A stretch of DNA of 64,000 nt from Candidatus Omnitrophota bacterium (lineage in GTDB: Bacteria; Omnitrophota; Gorgyraeia; Zapsychrales; Zapsychraceae): positions 128,061 to 192,060 of the forward strand of contig JAGQKV010000002.1 of assembly GCA_020429915.1 (NCBI GenBank). Reading direction: 5' to 3'. A program made the translations under genes and the position numbers. Under the pieces are notes generated by a model. That model worked only from the letters and a program-made list of their open reading frames with translations. It was not told where the DNA came from and did not search any database. This document shows positions 55,647 through 63,571 of the stretch, one piece after another (positions within the stretch are counted from its first letter, which is position 1; the number at the start of each line of letters is the position of its first letter).

Positions 55647-57137
55647 TTATCCGACACTTCCCTCGAGTTTCATTTCCAGCAGCTTGACAGCCTCCACGGC
55701 AAACTCGAGAGGCAATTCCTTGAAGACTTCCTTGCAGAAGCCGTTAATGATCAAACTGATCGACGCCTCCAAGTCGAGACCGCGGCTTTGCAGGTAAAAT
55801 AACTGCTCCGCGTTGATCTTGGAGGTGGATGCCTCATGTTCCATGGTCGCCGAATTATTGTTGATTTCGATATAGGGGAACGTGTTGGCCGCGCACTTGT
55901 TCCCGACCAGCATCGAATCGCACTGTGAGAAATTACGGGCGTTGTCCGCACTCGGCAAGACTTTTACCAGCCCCCGATAGGTATTGTTGGACTCATCGGT
56001 AGAAATCCCCTTGGACACGATGGTGCTGGTGGTATTTTTACCGATGTGGATCATCTTCGTACCGGTATCGGCCTGCATGCGGTGATTGGTCAGCGCCACC
56101 GAGTAAAACTCGCCAACGGACTTGTCGCCCTGCAGGATGACGCTCGGATACTTCCATGTGATGGCTGATCCGGCCTCGACCTGGGTCCAGGAGATCTTGG
56201 ATTTAAAACCGGCGCACTTGCCGCGCTTGGTTACGAAGTTATAAACCCCGCCTTTGCCGTCCTTGTCTCCGGAATACCAGTTTTGCACTGTGGAATACTT
56301 GATTTCTGCGTTGTCCAGGGCGATCAGTTCGACCACCGCCGCGTGCAGTTGGTTTTCGTCGCGGCTCGGTGCCGTGCAACCTTCCAGATAACTGACGTAG
56401 CTGCTGTCCTCCGCGATGATCAACGTGCGTTCGAACTGTCCGGTACCGGCCGAATTGATACGGAAATAAGTCGACAGTTCCATGGGGCAACGCACCCCCT
56501 TGGGAATAAAACAGAACGAACCGTCGCTGAAGACCGCCGAGTTCATGGCGGCGAAGAAATTGTCCGTGTACGGCACGACCGAACCCATATACTTCTTGAC
56601 CAGTTCGGGATGGTGTTCGATGGCCTCGCTGATCGAACAGAAGATCACGCCGACCTTTTCCAGTTCCGACTGATGGGTCGTTCCCACCGAAACGCTGTCG
56701 AACACGGCATCCACGGCCACTCCGGACAGGCGTTTCTGTTCGCTTAAGGGAATGCCGAGTTTTTCGAAGGTCTTGAGCAGCTCAGGGTCGACTTCGTCCA
56801 GACTCTTGGGGCCCTCCTTTGTGCCCTTGGGGGCCGTCCAGTAGCTGAGGGCCTGGTAATCAATCGGACCGTAGTTGAAGTTCGGCCAGTGCGGCTCCTT
56901 CATTTGAGACCAATGCCGGTAGGCCTTCAGTCGCCATTCCCGCAACCAGTCCGGTTCCTTCTTGATGTCGCAGATTTGATGGATGGTCTTTTCCGTCAGG
57001 CCCGGTTCGAGGCGGTCCGTTTCGATATCGGTATACCACCCGTATTTGTAATCGCGGGATGAGAGCGCGTTTTCTTCGATGGTGCGTTCATTAAGCAGTT
57101 TGTCTTCAACAGCTTTGTTCATGGGTTCATCCTTCAT
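55647..57137 (-). CDS. sufB: Fe-S cluster assembly protein SufB
   Basis: SufB/SufD family with the conserved C-terminal region. Probable start [15 protein letters not shown] overlapping the rrf2 stop. The ORF-track start at 57284 adds about 49 non-homologous residues. Confidence 0.9.
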   Translation of the reverse strand: MKDEPMNKAVEDKLLNERTIEENALSSRDYKYGWYTDIETDRLEPGLTEKTIHQICDIKKEPDWLREWRLKAYRHWSQMKEPHWPNFNYGPIDYQALSYWTAPKGTKEGPKSLDEVDPELLKTFEKLGIPLSEQKRLSGVAVDAVFDSVSVGTTHQSELEKVGVIFCSISEAIEHHPELVKKYMGSVVPYTDNFFAAMNSAVFSDGSFCFIPKGVRCPMELSTYFRINSAGTGQFERTLIIAEDSSYVSYLEGCTAPSRDENQLHAAVVELIALDNAEIKYSTVQNWYSGDKDGKGGVYNFVTKRGKCAGFKSKISWTQVEAGSAITWKYPSVILQGDKSVGEFYSVALTNHRMQADTGTKMIHIGKNTTSTIVSKGISTDESNNTYRGLVKVLPSADNARNFSQCDSMLVGNKCAANTFPYIEINNNSATMEHEASTSKINAEQLFYLQSRGLDLEASISLIINGFCKEVFKELPLEFAVEAVKLLEMKLEGSVG

Positions 57138-57601
57138 TGTGAGTTTGATTCCTGAAGTTGTTCCTTTTGCCGGATCTTCTTTTCCTTGGCATGCTTGGTC
57201 TGGATCAGGTCGCCGATCATAACGGTATCGAAAACGACGTTGATCTGCTCGTTCAACGTCAGCATCGGCGAGATAATATGGCACGTTTGACTGATATCAC
57301 AGGTCGAGTAATCTCCGTGAAAGCAATTGGCGATCTCGATCGGTCCGACGATTAACAGCGACAATTCGCGCAACGACAGGGTGTTGAGGTCCTTGACGAT
57401 CAGATATCCCCCCCGTGCGCCCTGTTCGGCCTGGAGGATCCCGTTTTGAGACAGAATCTGCAAGACCCGAGACGTCGGATCGAACGGGGTCCGGTAGATA
57501 TCACATATCTCCTTGGCCGAAGTCAGCTGCCCGGGCTTCTTGTGGCTCATGTGCTTGAGGGCTATCAGTGCGTATTCTATTTTTCTGTTGATCTTAAACA
57601 T
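57134..57601 (-). CDS. Rrf2-family transcriptional regulator (IscR/SufR-like) with a cysteine cluster
   Basis: 155 aa. N-terminal wHTH ([18 protein letters not shown]) and C-x7-C-x5-C ([18 protein letters not shown]) like the IscR cluster ligands. First gene of the suf operon. Confidence 0.8.
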   Translation of the reverse strand: MFKINRKIEYALIALKHMSHKKPGQLTSAKEICDIYRTPFDPTSRVLQILSQNGILQAEQGARGGYLIVKDLNTLSLRELSLLIVGPIEIANCFHGDYSTCDISQTCHIISPMLTLNEQINVVFDTVMIGDLIQTKHAKEKKIRQKEQLQESNSQ

Positions 57602-57603
57602 AA

Positions 57604-57635
57604 GTCGGGATACGGGATATGTGATACGGGATACG
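57604..57635. repeat. Left inverted repeat of IVS-like cassette 1 (GTCGGGATACGGGATATGTGATACGGGATACG)
   Basis: Pairs with 58061-58091 (reverse complement GTCGGGATACGTGATACGGGATAAGTGATAC). Each arm contains two direct GTGATACGGGATA-like sub-repeats. Starts 2 nt upstream of the rrf2 ATG. Confidence 0.7.
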
Positions 57636-57651
57636 AACTGGTGGCGCTACT

Positions 57652-58005
57652 TTAAAGCAGGCGATTTCGTAGTCCTGTAAGCATTTTCCCTATGTCTTCA
57701 GCTTCGGCGAATAATTTATCAAAATGGGATTCTGTTAAGTACCCAAGATCTTTGCTGAGAATAAGATGATACTTAGTTTCCTGCAAAGAACCTTGGGAAA
57801 TCTCCAAAAATCTGGCAAAATCTCGGGTCCTCTTTCGGTGACCTTCCGCGATATTGGCTCCAACCGAGGCACTTGAGCGCCGGATTTGGCTTGTTAGGCC
57901 AAACATTTCTTCGCGTGGAAATAACTTTGATGCGGAGTAGATCTCAATTGTCAGTTGGTGCGCTTTTTTCCAGACCCGAAGGTCCGTAAAATTTGAAATT
58001 TGCAT
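57652..58005 (-). CDS. Four-helix-bundle protein, TIGR02436 / 23S rRNA-IVS protein / Avd-like family
   Basis: 117 aa. WKKAHQLTIEIY, GLTSQIRRSSASVGANIAEG and RDFARFLEISQGSLQET family signature. Paralogue at 60942-61298. Confidence 0.75.
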   Translation of the reverse strand: MQISNFTDLRVWKKAHQLTIEIYSASKLFPREEMFGLTSQIRRSSASVGANIAEGHRKRTRDFARFLEISQGSLQETKYHLILSKDLGYLTESHFDKLFAEAEDIGKMLTGLRNRLL

Positions 58006-58060
58006 ACCATCCCCTTTCGTTTTCGAAGCCGGGGGATGGTAGCTCCGTAGTAAACTGTTC

Positions 58061-58091
58061 GTATCACTTATCCCGTATCACGTATCCCGAC
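58061..58091. repeat. Right inverted repeat of IVS-like cassette 1
   Basis: Reverse complement matches 57604-57635 with a few mismatches. Lies 20 nt upstream of the pcd stop codon. Confidence 0.7.
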
Positions 58092-58110
58092 TCGAATGCG
58101 AGCCGGCCGA

Positions 58111-58470
58111 TCAATTTTCACCCTTCAGGTCCGGCGCAAGTTCACCCACTTTCGCCGCCACGATAAAATCATTCTCCGACAATCCGCCGATGGCGTGGGT
58201 GCTGAGGACGATGCGCAGGTTACGGTATCCGGTCAGGTGAAGGTCCGGGTGATGGTCCTCGTCTTCGGCGATGCCGGCGACCTGGCCGATGAAGTCCACC
58301 GCCGCCATAAAGTTCTTCATCCGGTAAGTGCGTGAGATACTCTTACCCGATTCGTCGAGTTCCCACAGCGGCGTCATTTTCAAAAAGCCCCGGGCCTCCA
58401 TCTCCGACATGGGAGCGGCATGGCCTTCGCACGGCGCGCATTTGCGTTGCGTCAACGGGTTATCGGACAT
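58111..58470 (-). CDS. pcd: Pterin-4a-carbinolamine dehydratase
   Basis: 119 aa. DCoH signature (EDEDHHPDL...LSTHAIGGLSENDFIVAAK). Confidence 0.85.
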   Translation of the reverse strand: MSDNPLTQRKCAPCEGHAAPMSEMEARGFLKMTPLWELDESGKSISRTYRMKNFMAAVDFIGQVAGIAEDEDHHPDLHLTGYRNLRIVLSTHAIGGLSENDFIVAAKVGELAPDLKGEN

Positions 58471-58496
58471 CAGGTATGCTCCGTCAAGTAAAACGA

Positions 58497-59066
58497 CTAG
58501 TAGACGTCACCCAGTTCGACTACGATCGCCGGATCGTACTGATCGCGCAGGATATTTTCGATGGCCTTCATGGTGCCCATCGAGGCGCTGGGACAGGATC
58601 CGCACGCGCCTTGGTAAAAGACCTTGAGAATCTTGTTGTCGTAACTCATCAGCTGGATGTCACCACCGTCCATTTGTAAGGCCGGGCGGACGGTTTGGTC
58701 CAGAATGGCATTGATCTGGTCCATCTCGGGTGAACTCTGTGCCTCGACTTTATTTTGGGTCTCCGGTTCCACCACCTGAAAATTCGGGTCGTGCTCCGCC
58801 GCTTTCTGCAGAATGGTGAGGCGGATCTTCTCTTCCAGCTCGTCCCAGTCGGCGGATCCGTCTTGGGTGACCGTAATGTAGTTATCGAAGAAATAAACTT
58901 CCTGGACCGCCGGATTGATATCGAAAATGTTCCGGGCCAACGGGTTATGTTCGGTGCCGGCGCCTTTTTTATAGGTATAGTTGCCCTCGGCCTTGACCGG
59001 GATATTGAGCACAAACTTCAGGGCGTTGGGATTGGGGGTGCTTTGGATCATTAAGCGGATGTCCAT
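58497..59066 (-). CDS. nfu: NFU1-type Fe-S cluster scaffold (Nfu N-terminal domain plus NifU C-terminal CxxC domain)
   Basis: 189 aa. N-terminal Nfu_N-like domain (TPNPNALKF) and C-terminal GACGSCPSA. Confidence 0.8.
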   Translation of the reverse strand: MDIRLMIQSTPNPNALKFVLNIPVKAEGNYTYKKGAGTEHNPLARNIFDINPAVQEVYFFDNYITVTQDGSADWDELEEKIRLTILQKAAEHDPNFQVVEPETQNKVEAQSSPEMDQINAILDQTVRPALQMDGGDIQLMSYDNKILKVFYQGACGSCPSASMGTMKAIENILRDQYDPAIVVELGDVY

Positions 59067-59179
59067 TTCGATCTCTCCGTTTCGCTGGTACCGTTAAATA
59101 CTTCGAAAAATAACTTATATAGGTTACTAATATTACACAGATAATTCTATAAATCAAGCGATTTATAGGGCTGGAAGGC

Positions 59180-60382
59180 CTATACCGCGGCCAGGCCGTA
59201 CTCGTCCACCACCATTTCGGCGAAGGCCAGGCTGCAGGTGTAGGCGGGGGACACGGCGTTCAGGATGTGCAGGCTATGCGCGTCGCCCTCGATCAGAAAA
59301 TCCGTCACCAGTGCACGGGTCTTGATGTTTAACAGCTGGGCGCGGATGCCGGGTTTGGTGAACTCCGTAAAACCGGCCGGATCGATCTGCTGCACCATGT
59401 CCGCAGCCAGTTTGATGAAATAGTCACGTTCGTACTTCTTCATCTCTTCGATGGCCAGATCGCGGAAACCGAAGGAGTTACGGACAAACAACCGGGCCTC
59501 TTCCCCGGCGATGCGCAGCATTTCCTTGAGGCTGAAGTTTTCCCAAGGGCCGTATTGCTCCTTCCAGAAAGCGGGAATCGCGGTCGGTCCGATCTTGATG
59601 GTGCCGTCGACCGTCTTGGTAAAGTGCACGCCGAGAAACGGATTGCGCAGGTTCGGGACGGGATAAATATTCACCCGGACATCGCTGGTGTTCTTGGTGT
59701 ATTTCAGGTACAGCCCTTTAAAGGGGATCATCGTGTAATCCGTGCCGAATCCGTAATCCTGGGCGATCGTCTCGGCGTACAGACCGGCGCAGTTGATGAT
59801 GCGGTCCGCGGAAAAGCCGCCACGGTTCGTGAAGATGGTCTGTCCTTCATGACCCTTGTACCGGGTCTCGAAGGCGAACTCCACCTTTTGTTCCTTCAAT
59901 CGCCGCCACAGGCAGTCGTTGACCTGCGCCGGATCCACGCTGGCGGTCGCCGGTGACCACAGGGCCTCCTGATAGGTCCGCACGTTGGGTTCGATTTCAC
60001 GGGCGGCCTGCGCACTGATGATGGTGACGTCGGATCCGTTGACTTTTCCGCGCCGTTCGAGTTCGTGCAGGGTCTGGCGTTCCGCCTCATCGCGGGCCAC
60101 GACCAGTTTGCCGCATTCGTTGAGCGTCAAGCCGTGTTCCCGGCAAAACGCCTTCATCATCCGGTTGCCCGTGACGGTCAGCCGGGCCTTGAGGCTGTTG
60201 GCCGTGTAGTAGAATCCCGCGTGCAGGACACCACTGTTGCGGCTGGAAGCATGGTATCCGGCGTGGTATTCTTTATCGATAATCAGGATGGCTGTGTCCG
60301 GCCGGCGGCGGCGGAGTTCGCGCGCCAGGGTCATGCCGATGATCCCGCTGCCGATGATTATGTAGTTGTAATGTTTGGGCAT
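59180..60382 (-). CDS. FAD-dependent oxidoreductase, L-2-hydroxyglutarate oxidase (LhgO)-like
   Basis: 400 aa. IIGSGIIG dinucleotide motif and SSRNSGVLHAGFYY typical of LhgO and GlpA-like DAO enzymes. Confidence 0.65.
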   Translation of the reverse strand: MPKHYNYIIIGSGIIGMTLARELRRRRPDTAILIIDKEYHAGYHASSRNSGVLHAGFYYTANSLKARLTVTGNRMMKAFCREHGLTLNECGKLVVARDEAERQTLHELERRGKVNGSDVTIISAQAAREIEPNVRTYQEALWSPATASVDPAQVNDCLWRRLKEQKVEFAFETRYKGHEGQTIFTNRGGFSADRIINCAGLYAETIAQDYGFGTDYTMIPFKGLYLKYTKNTSDVRVNIYPVPNLRNPFLGVHFTKTVDGTIKIGPTAIPAFWKEQYGPWENFSLKEMLRIAGEEARLFVRNSFGFRDLAIEEMKKYERDYFIKLAADMVQQIDPAGFTEFTKPGIRAQLLNIKTRALVTDFLIEGDAHSLHILNAVSPAYTCSLAFAEMVVDEYGLAAV

Positions 60383-60419
60383 TGTGTACTAGAATATGGT
60401 TGTTCAGCGATTGGAGGCG

Positions 60420-60662
60420 ATGATGAGTAAACCCGAAGTCCCCCAGAAAGCCCCGTATGTGATGGAAATGGAGCCCGGTAAATATGCCTGGTGCGCCTGC
60501 GGTAAATCGGCCAATCAGCCCTTCTGCGACGGTTCCCACCGCGGGACCGATTTCTCCCCCGTCGTCACTGAGATCCCCGAAAAAAAGAAAGTCGCCTGGT
60601 GCGGCTGCAAACATTCCGAAGGCAAACCGATGTGTGACGGATCTCACCGGGACCTGACTTGA
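60420..60662 (+). CDS. CDGSH iron-sulfur domain protein with two canonical CDGSH motifs
   Basis: CACGKSANQPFCDGSHRG and CGCKHSEGKPMCDGSHRD. Probable start MMSKPEV, preceded by a GGAGG RBS (ORF-track start 60396). Confidence 0.8.
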   Translation: MMSKPEVPQKAPYVMEMEPGKYAWCACGKSANQPFCDGSHRGTDFSPVVTEIPEKKKVAWCGCKHSEGKPMCDGSHRDLT

Positions 60663-60919
60663 TGGCCCGCAAAAAATTCTCTCAAGCCCAAAACGCGCCG
60701 TTTGTCATGACCATGAAACCGGGGCGCTATGCCTGGTGTTCATGCGGCGAATCCCGCAAGCAACCCTTCTGCGACGGTAACCATGAAGAAACCGGCATGT
60801 TTCCGGTCGTGGTTCATATCGATCATGAGCAGGAGGTGCGGTGGTGTGGGTGCAAATCATCGGAATCGGCGCCGTGGTGTGATAATACGCACCTGAAGTT
60901 TCTGGAGGGTGGTGAGTGA
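60662..60919 (+). CDS. CDGSH-type domain protein with degenerate motifs (CDGNH, CDNTH)
   Basis: CSCGESRKQPFCDGNHEE and CGCKSSESAPWCDNTHLK. Start overlaps the upstream stop (TGATG). Confidence 0.7.
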   Translation: MARKKFSQAQNAPFVMTMKPGRYAWCSCGESRKQPFCDGNHEETGMFPVVVHIDHEQEVRWCGCKSSESAPWCDNTHLKFLEGGE

Positions 60920-60938
60920 TGAGTGCTGTGTGATGATC
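60905..60938. repeat. Left inverted repeat of IVS-like cassette 2 (GGTGGTGAGTGATGAGTGCTGTGTGATGATC)
   Basis: Pairs with 61357-61388 (reverse complement GGGTGATGAGTGGTGAGTGATGGGTGATGATC). Overlaps the last codons and stop of the CDGSH-2 gene. Confidence 0.7.
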
Positions 60939-60941
60939 CAG

Positions 60942-61298
60942 TTAGCGGGATTCTAGTTTTGATCTCAATCCATGTAACATCCGTCCCACTTCCTCCGCTT
61001 CTTCGTACATTCTTCTGGACTCCGCTTCCTCCAAGTACCCCAAATCACAACTGAGTATGAGATAGTATTTTATTTCTTCCAAAGAACCATGTGATATTTG
61101 CAGAAAGCGGGCAAAGTCTCGAGTTTTTTTCTTCTTTCCTTCCGCAATATTGGCGCAAACTGAAACCGCAGCTTTACGGATTTGACTCGTGAGAGAGAAC
61201 TCCTCTGATTGAGGATAATCTCGGGTGGCTTTGTAAATGCATAATGTTAATTGGTGGGCCTTCTGCCAGACGTACAAGTCTTGAAATTCTCTGATCAT
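60942..61298 (-). CDS. Four-helix-bundle protein, TIGR02436 / 23S rRNA-IVS protein / Avd-like family (second paralogue)
   Basis: 118 aa. WQKAHQLTLCIY, SLTSQIRKAAVSVCANIAEG and RDFARFLQISHGSLEE. Confidence 0.75.
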   Translation of the reverse strand: MIREFQDLYVWQKAHQLTLCIYKATRDYPQSEEFSLTSQIRKAAVSVCANIAEGKKKKTRDFARFLQISHGSLEEIKYYLILSCDLGYLEEAESRRMYEEAEEVGRMLHGLRSKLESR

Positions 61299-61356
61299 AA
61301 TTTCCCTCCTTGCTTGAATTACCGAGGGGAAACGAGAATTCTATGACACCCAATAC

Positions 61357-61388
61357 GATCATCACCCATCACTCACCACTCATCACCC
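61357..61388. repeat. Right inverted repeat of IVS-like cassette 2
   Basis: Reverse complement of the 60905-60938 arm. Ends 1 nt before the tautomerase stop codon. Confidence 0.7.
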
Positions 61389-61568
61389 TTACGCAAGAAA
61401 CTTATCCCCCTTCGCCCAATTCTCCCGCTCCACTTCGTCGATCACCAGATACGTGCTTTCCTTGGGTTTGTTGCAGACGTCGAGCATGGTTTGGGCGAAG
61501 CTGGCGGCGATTTTTTGCTTCTGCTCTTGGGTGAGTTTTCCGGCCACTCTGAGGCTGATGTACGGCAT
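61389..61568 (-). CDS. 4-oxalocrotonate tautomerase-family protein (59 aa); absent from the ORF track
   Basis: Reverse-complement translation MPYISLRVAGKLTQEQKQKIAASFAQTMLDVCNKPKESTYLVIDEVERENWAKGDKFLA, with catalytic Pro at position 2 and a beta-alpha-beta 4-OT pattern. Confidence 0.65.
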   Translation of the reverse strand: MPYISLRVAGKLTQEQKQKIAASFAQTMLDVCNKPKESTYLVIDEVERENWAKGDKFLA

Positions 61569-61577
61569 GGCGTGCTC

Positions 61578-62174
61578 CTATTCTTTTTCGAGGAGAAACA
61601 GCCCTTGGTTGGCCAGCACATTGCGCATGAACGCCATGCGGCGGTTCCCCAGGACGGCCGTCTCCTTGGTGATTCGGATATTATGTTTGTGACAAAAATC
61701 GCGGAAGTCTTTAATACTCAAGAAACGCAAGTTCGGCGTGTCGTACCAGTCATAGGGCAGGCCTTTGGTGCGCGGCACGCGGCCGGTAAAAAAGATCTGC
61801 AGCCGGGAGGGCAGGTGGCAAAAATTCGGGATCCCGACGATGACCTTTTTGCCGACCCGCAGCGCCTCGAGGATCACCTTCTTCGGATGCAGGACCTCCT
61901 GCAAGCTGCCGTTGAGGATCACATAGTCGAAACGTTTGCTGGAGTAGTCCTCCAGTCCCGAGTCGATATCGCCGTGGGAGACACTCACCCCCTTGGCCAT
62001 CGCTTCGTAGATTGCCTGCTCGTTGATTTCGATGCCGGAGACATGGCACTGCTTCTGTTCCTTGAGCAGGGCCAGTAACGTGCCGTCGCCGCACCCCAGG
62101 TCAAGGACCTTGGACCCTTCTTCGACGGCGCTGACGATAAGCTTATGATCTAACCGCATTGGATTTCTTCTCAA
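61578..62174 (-). CDS. metW: Methionine biosynthesis protein MetW (SAM-dependent methyltransferase fold)
   Basis: VLDLGCGDG motif, downstream of and overlapping metX. Start may be MRLDHK (62156). Confidence 0.8.
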   Translation of the reverse strand: MRRNPMRLDHKLIVSAVEEGSKVLDLGCGDGTLLALLKEQKQCHVSGIEINEQAIYEAMAKGVSVSHGDIDSGLEDYSSKRFDYVILNGSLQEVLHPKKVILEALRVGKKVIVGIPNFCHLPSRLQIFFTGRVPRTKGLPYDWYDTPNLRFLSIKDFRDFCHKHNIRITKETAVLGNRRMAFMRNVLANQGLFLLEKE

Positions 62175-63285
62175 AACGTTGCAGGAAATGACTGACGACC
62201 TTGGACTGATTGTCCACCTCGATGAGAAAGGCGTCGTGTCCGTAACTCGACTCGATCAGGATCGCCGAGACATCCAGATCATTGGCCTTCAGGGCCTTGA
62301 CCATCTGCTGCGACTGATAAGGCGGATACAACCAGTCGGAACTGAACGACACCACCAGAAACGCGCACTTGGCCGGTTTGAAGGCCTCGATCAAATCGCC
62401 GGTCTCCTCGGTCAGATCGAAATAGTCGAGCGCCTTGGACAGGTACAGATAGGAGTTGGCGTCAAAACGCTGCACGAAGCTCTCACCACGGTACTTCAGG
62501 TAACTTTCCACCTCGAAGTCCGTGGAAAAATCATATCCCACCTTCTCTTTGCGCATGAGCTTGCGGCCGAATTTTTCGTCCATCGATTTTTCGCTCATGT
62601 AAGTGATGTGCCCGATCATCCGCGCCACGGCCATGCCGCGCGCCGGGATGGTGCGGTTGTAATACACGCCGTTCTCCCAGTCGGGATCACTCATGATCGC
62701 CTGTCGCGCGACCTCGTGAAGTGCGATCTGCTGCGCGGTGTGACGGGTGTTGGTGGCGATCAGGATGCAGGACTCGGTCGACTCGGGGTACATGATGGCC
62801 CATTTTTGCGCGAGCAGTCCGCCCATCGAGCCGCCGGCGATGTTCATCAGCTTCTTGATCCCGAGATGATCGATCAGCATCTTCTGCGGGACGCACATGT
62901 CCTCGATCGTCACCACCGGAAAGCCGAGCCCGTAGGGCTGGCCGGTCTTCGGATTGGTCGATGCCGGACCGGTCGATCCTTTGCATCCGCCCAGGACATT
63001 GGCGCAGATGACGAAATATTTGTCGGTGTCGAAGGCCTTGCCCGGGCCGATCATCGGGTCCCACCAGCCGGGTTTTTTGTCGCCTTCATGAAAACCGGCG
63101 GCGTGCGCGTCCGATGTCAACGAATGGAAAATCAGGATGGCGTTGGATTTGTCCGCGTTGAGTTGGCCGTAGGTCTCGTAGGCCACGGTAATGGGGCCGA
63201 GTTTCTCGCCGCTTTTCAGCAGCAGCTCGTTCGGAGTTTCGCAGAAGGTCACAAACTGGGTTTTGACGGTACCGAGATCGGCCAT
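62143..63285 (-). CDS. metX: Homoserine O-acetyltransferase
   Basis: 380 aa alpha/beta hydrolase. GGSMGG nucleophile elbow. metXW arrangement. Confidence 0.9.
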   Translation of the reverse strand: MADLGTVKTQFVTFCETPNELLLKSGEKLGPITVAYETYGQLNADKSNAILIFHSLTSDAHAAGFHEGDKKPGWWDPMIGPGKAFDTDKYFVICANVLGGCKGSTGPASTNPKTGQPYGLGFPVVTIEDMCVPQKMLIDHLGIKKLMNIAGGSMGGLLAQKWAIMYPESTESCILIATNTRHTAQQIALHEVARQAIMSDPDWENGVYYNRTIPARGMAVARMIGHITYMSEKSMDEKFGRKLMRKEKVGYDFSTDFEVESYLKYRGESFVQRFDANSYLYLSKALDYFDLTEETGDLIEAFKPAKCAFLVVSFSSDWLYPPYQSQQMVKALKANDLDVSAILIESSYGHDAFLIEVDNQSKVVSHFLQRFEKKSNAVRS

Positions 63286-63387
63286 GGGAAGACGTTGGGT
63301 TAGATCAGGTTATAGAAATCATTGAATGTTAGCATAGGGTTGGGGGGGTGTAAAGTTATAATACGCTTGGGGGGATTCAGCTTTTTG

Positions 63388-63565
63388 TAGTGATTGGGGA
63401 TCCGTCGACTCGGCTCGGGATTGAATCTGCTAATCTTTGCAGATGGTGAGCGAAGTCGAACCATTTGGGATTTGAATGTACTTCACGGTTGCGCCTAGAA
63501 CCCCAGTCCTGTCTCGGGAATGACTGTGGTCCAACTTTTCAAATCCCCAATCACTAATCACTAAT
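63388..63565. repeat. Long-range inverted repeat (TAGTGATTGGGGAT ... ATCCCCAATCACTA) enclosing about 150 nt between nadA and metX
   Basis: 14-bp arms with one mismatch at 63388-63402 and 63550-63565. Internal hairpin ATCTGC-N8-GCAGAT at 63425-63444. Confidence 0.4.
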
Positions 63566-63571
63566 TCACGC

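Noticed and set aside
57652-61298. Possible diversity-generating retroelement, because Avd-like four-helix-bundle genes are present
   Set aside because: No reverse transcriptase gene and no template/variable repeat pair with adenine-specific differences are visible anywhere near either copy. The four-helix-bundle genes are interpreted as IVS-like cassettes instead.
63400-63480. tRNA gene in the nadA-metX intergenic region
   Set aside because: Contains GGTTCGA and CTCACCA-like fragments and an anticodon-arm-like hairpin, but I could not assemble a canonical cloverleaf (T-arm and acceptor-stem complementarity fails). Left as a structured region to be tested with tRNAscan-SE or Infernal.
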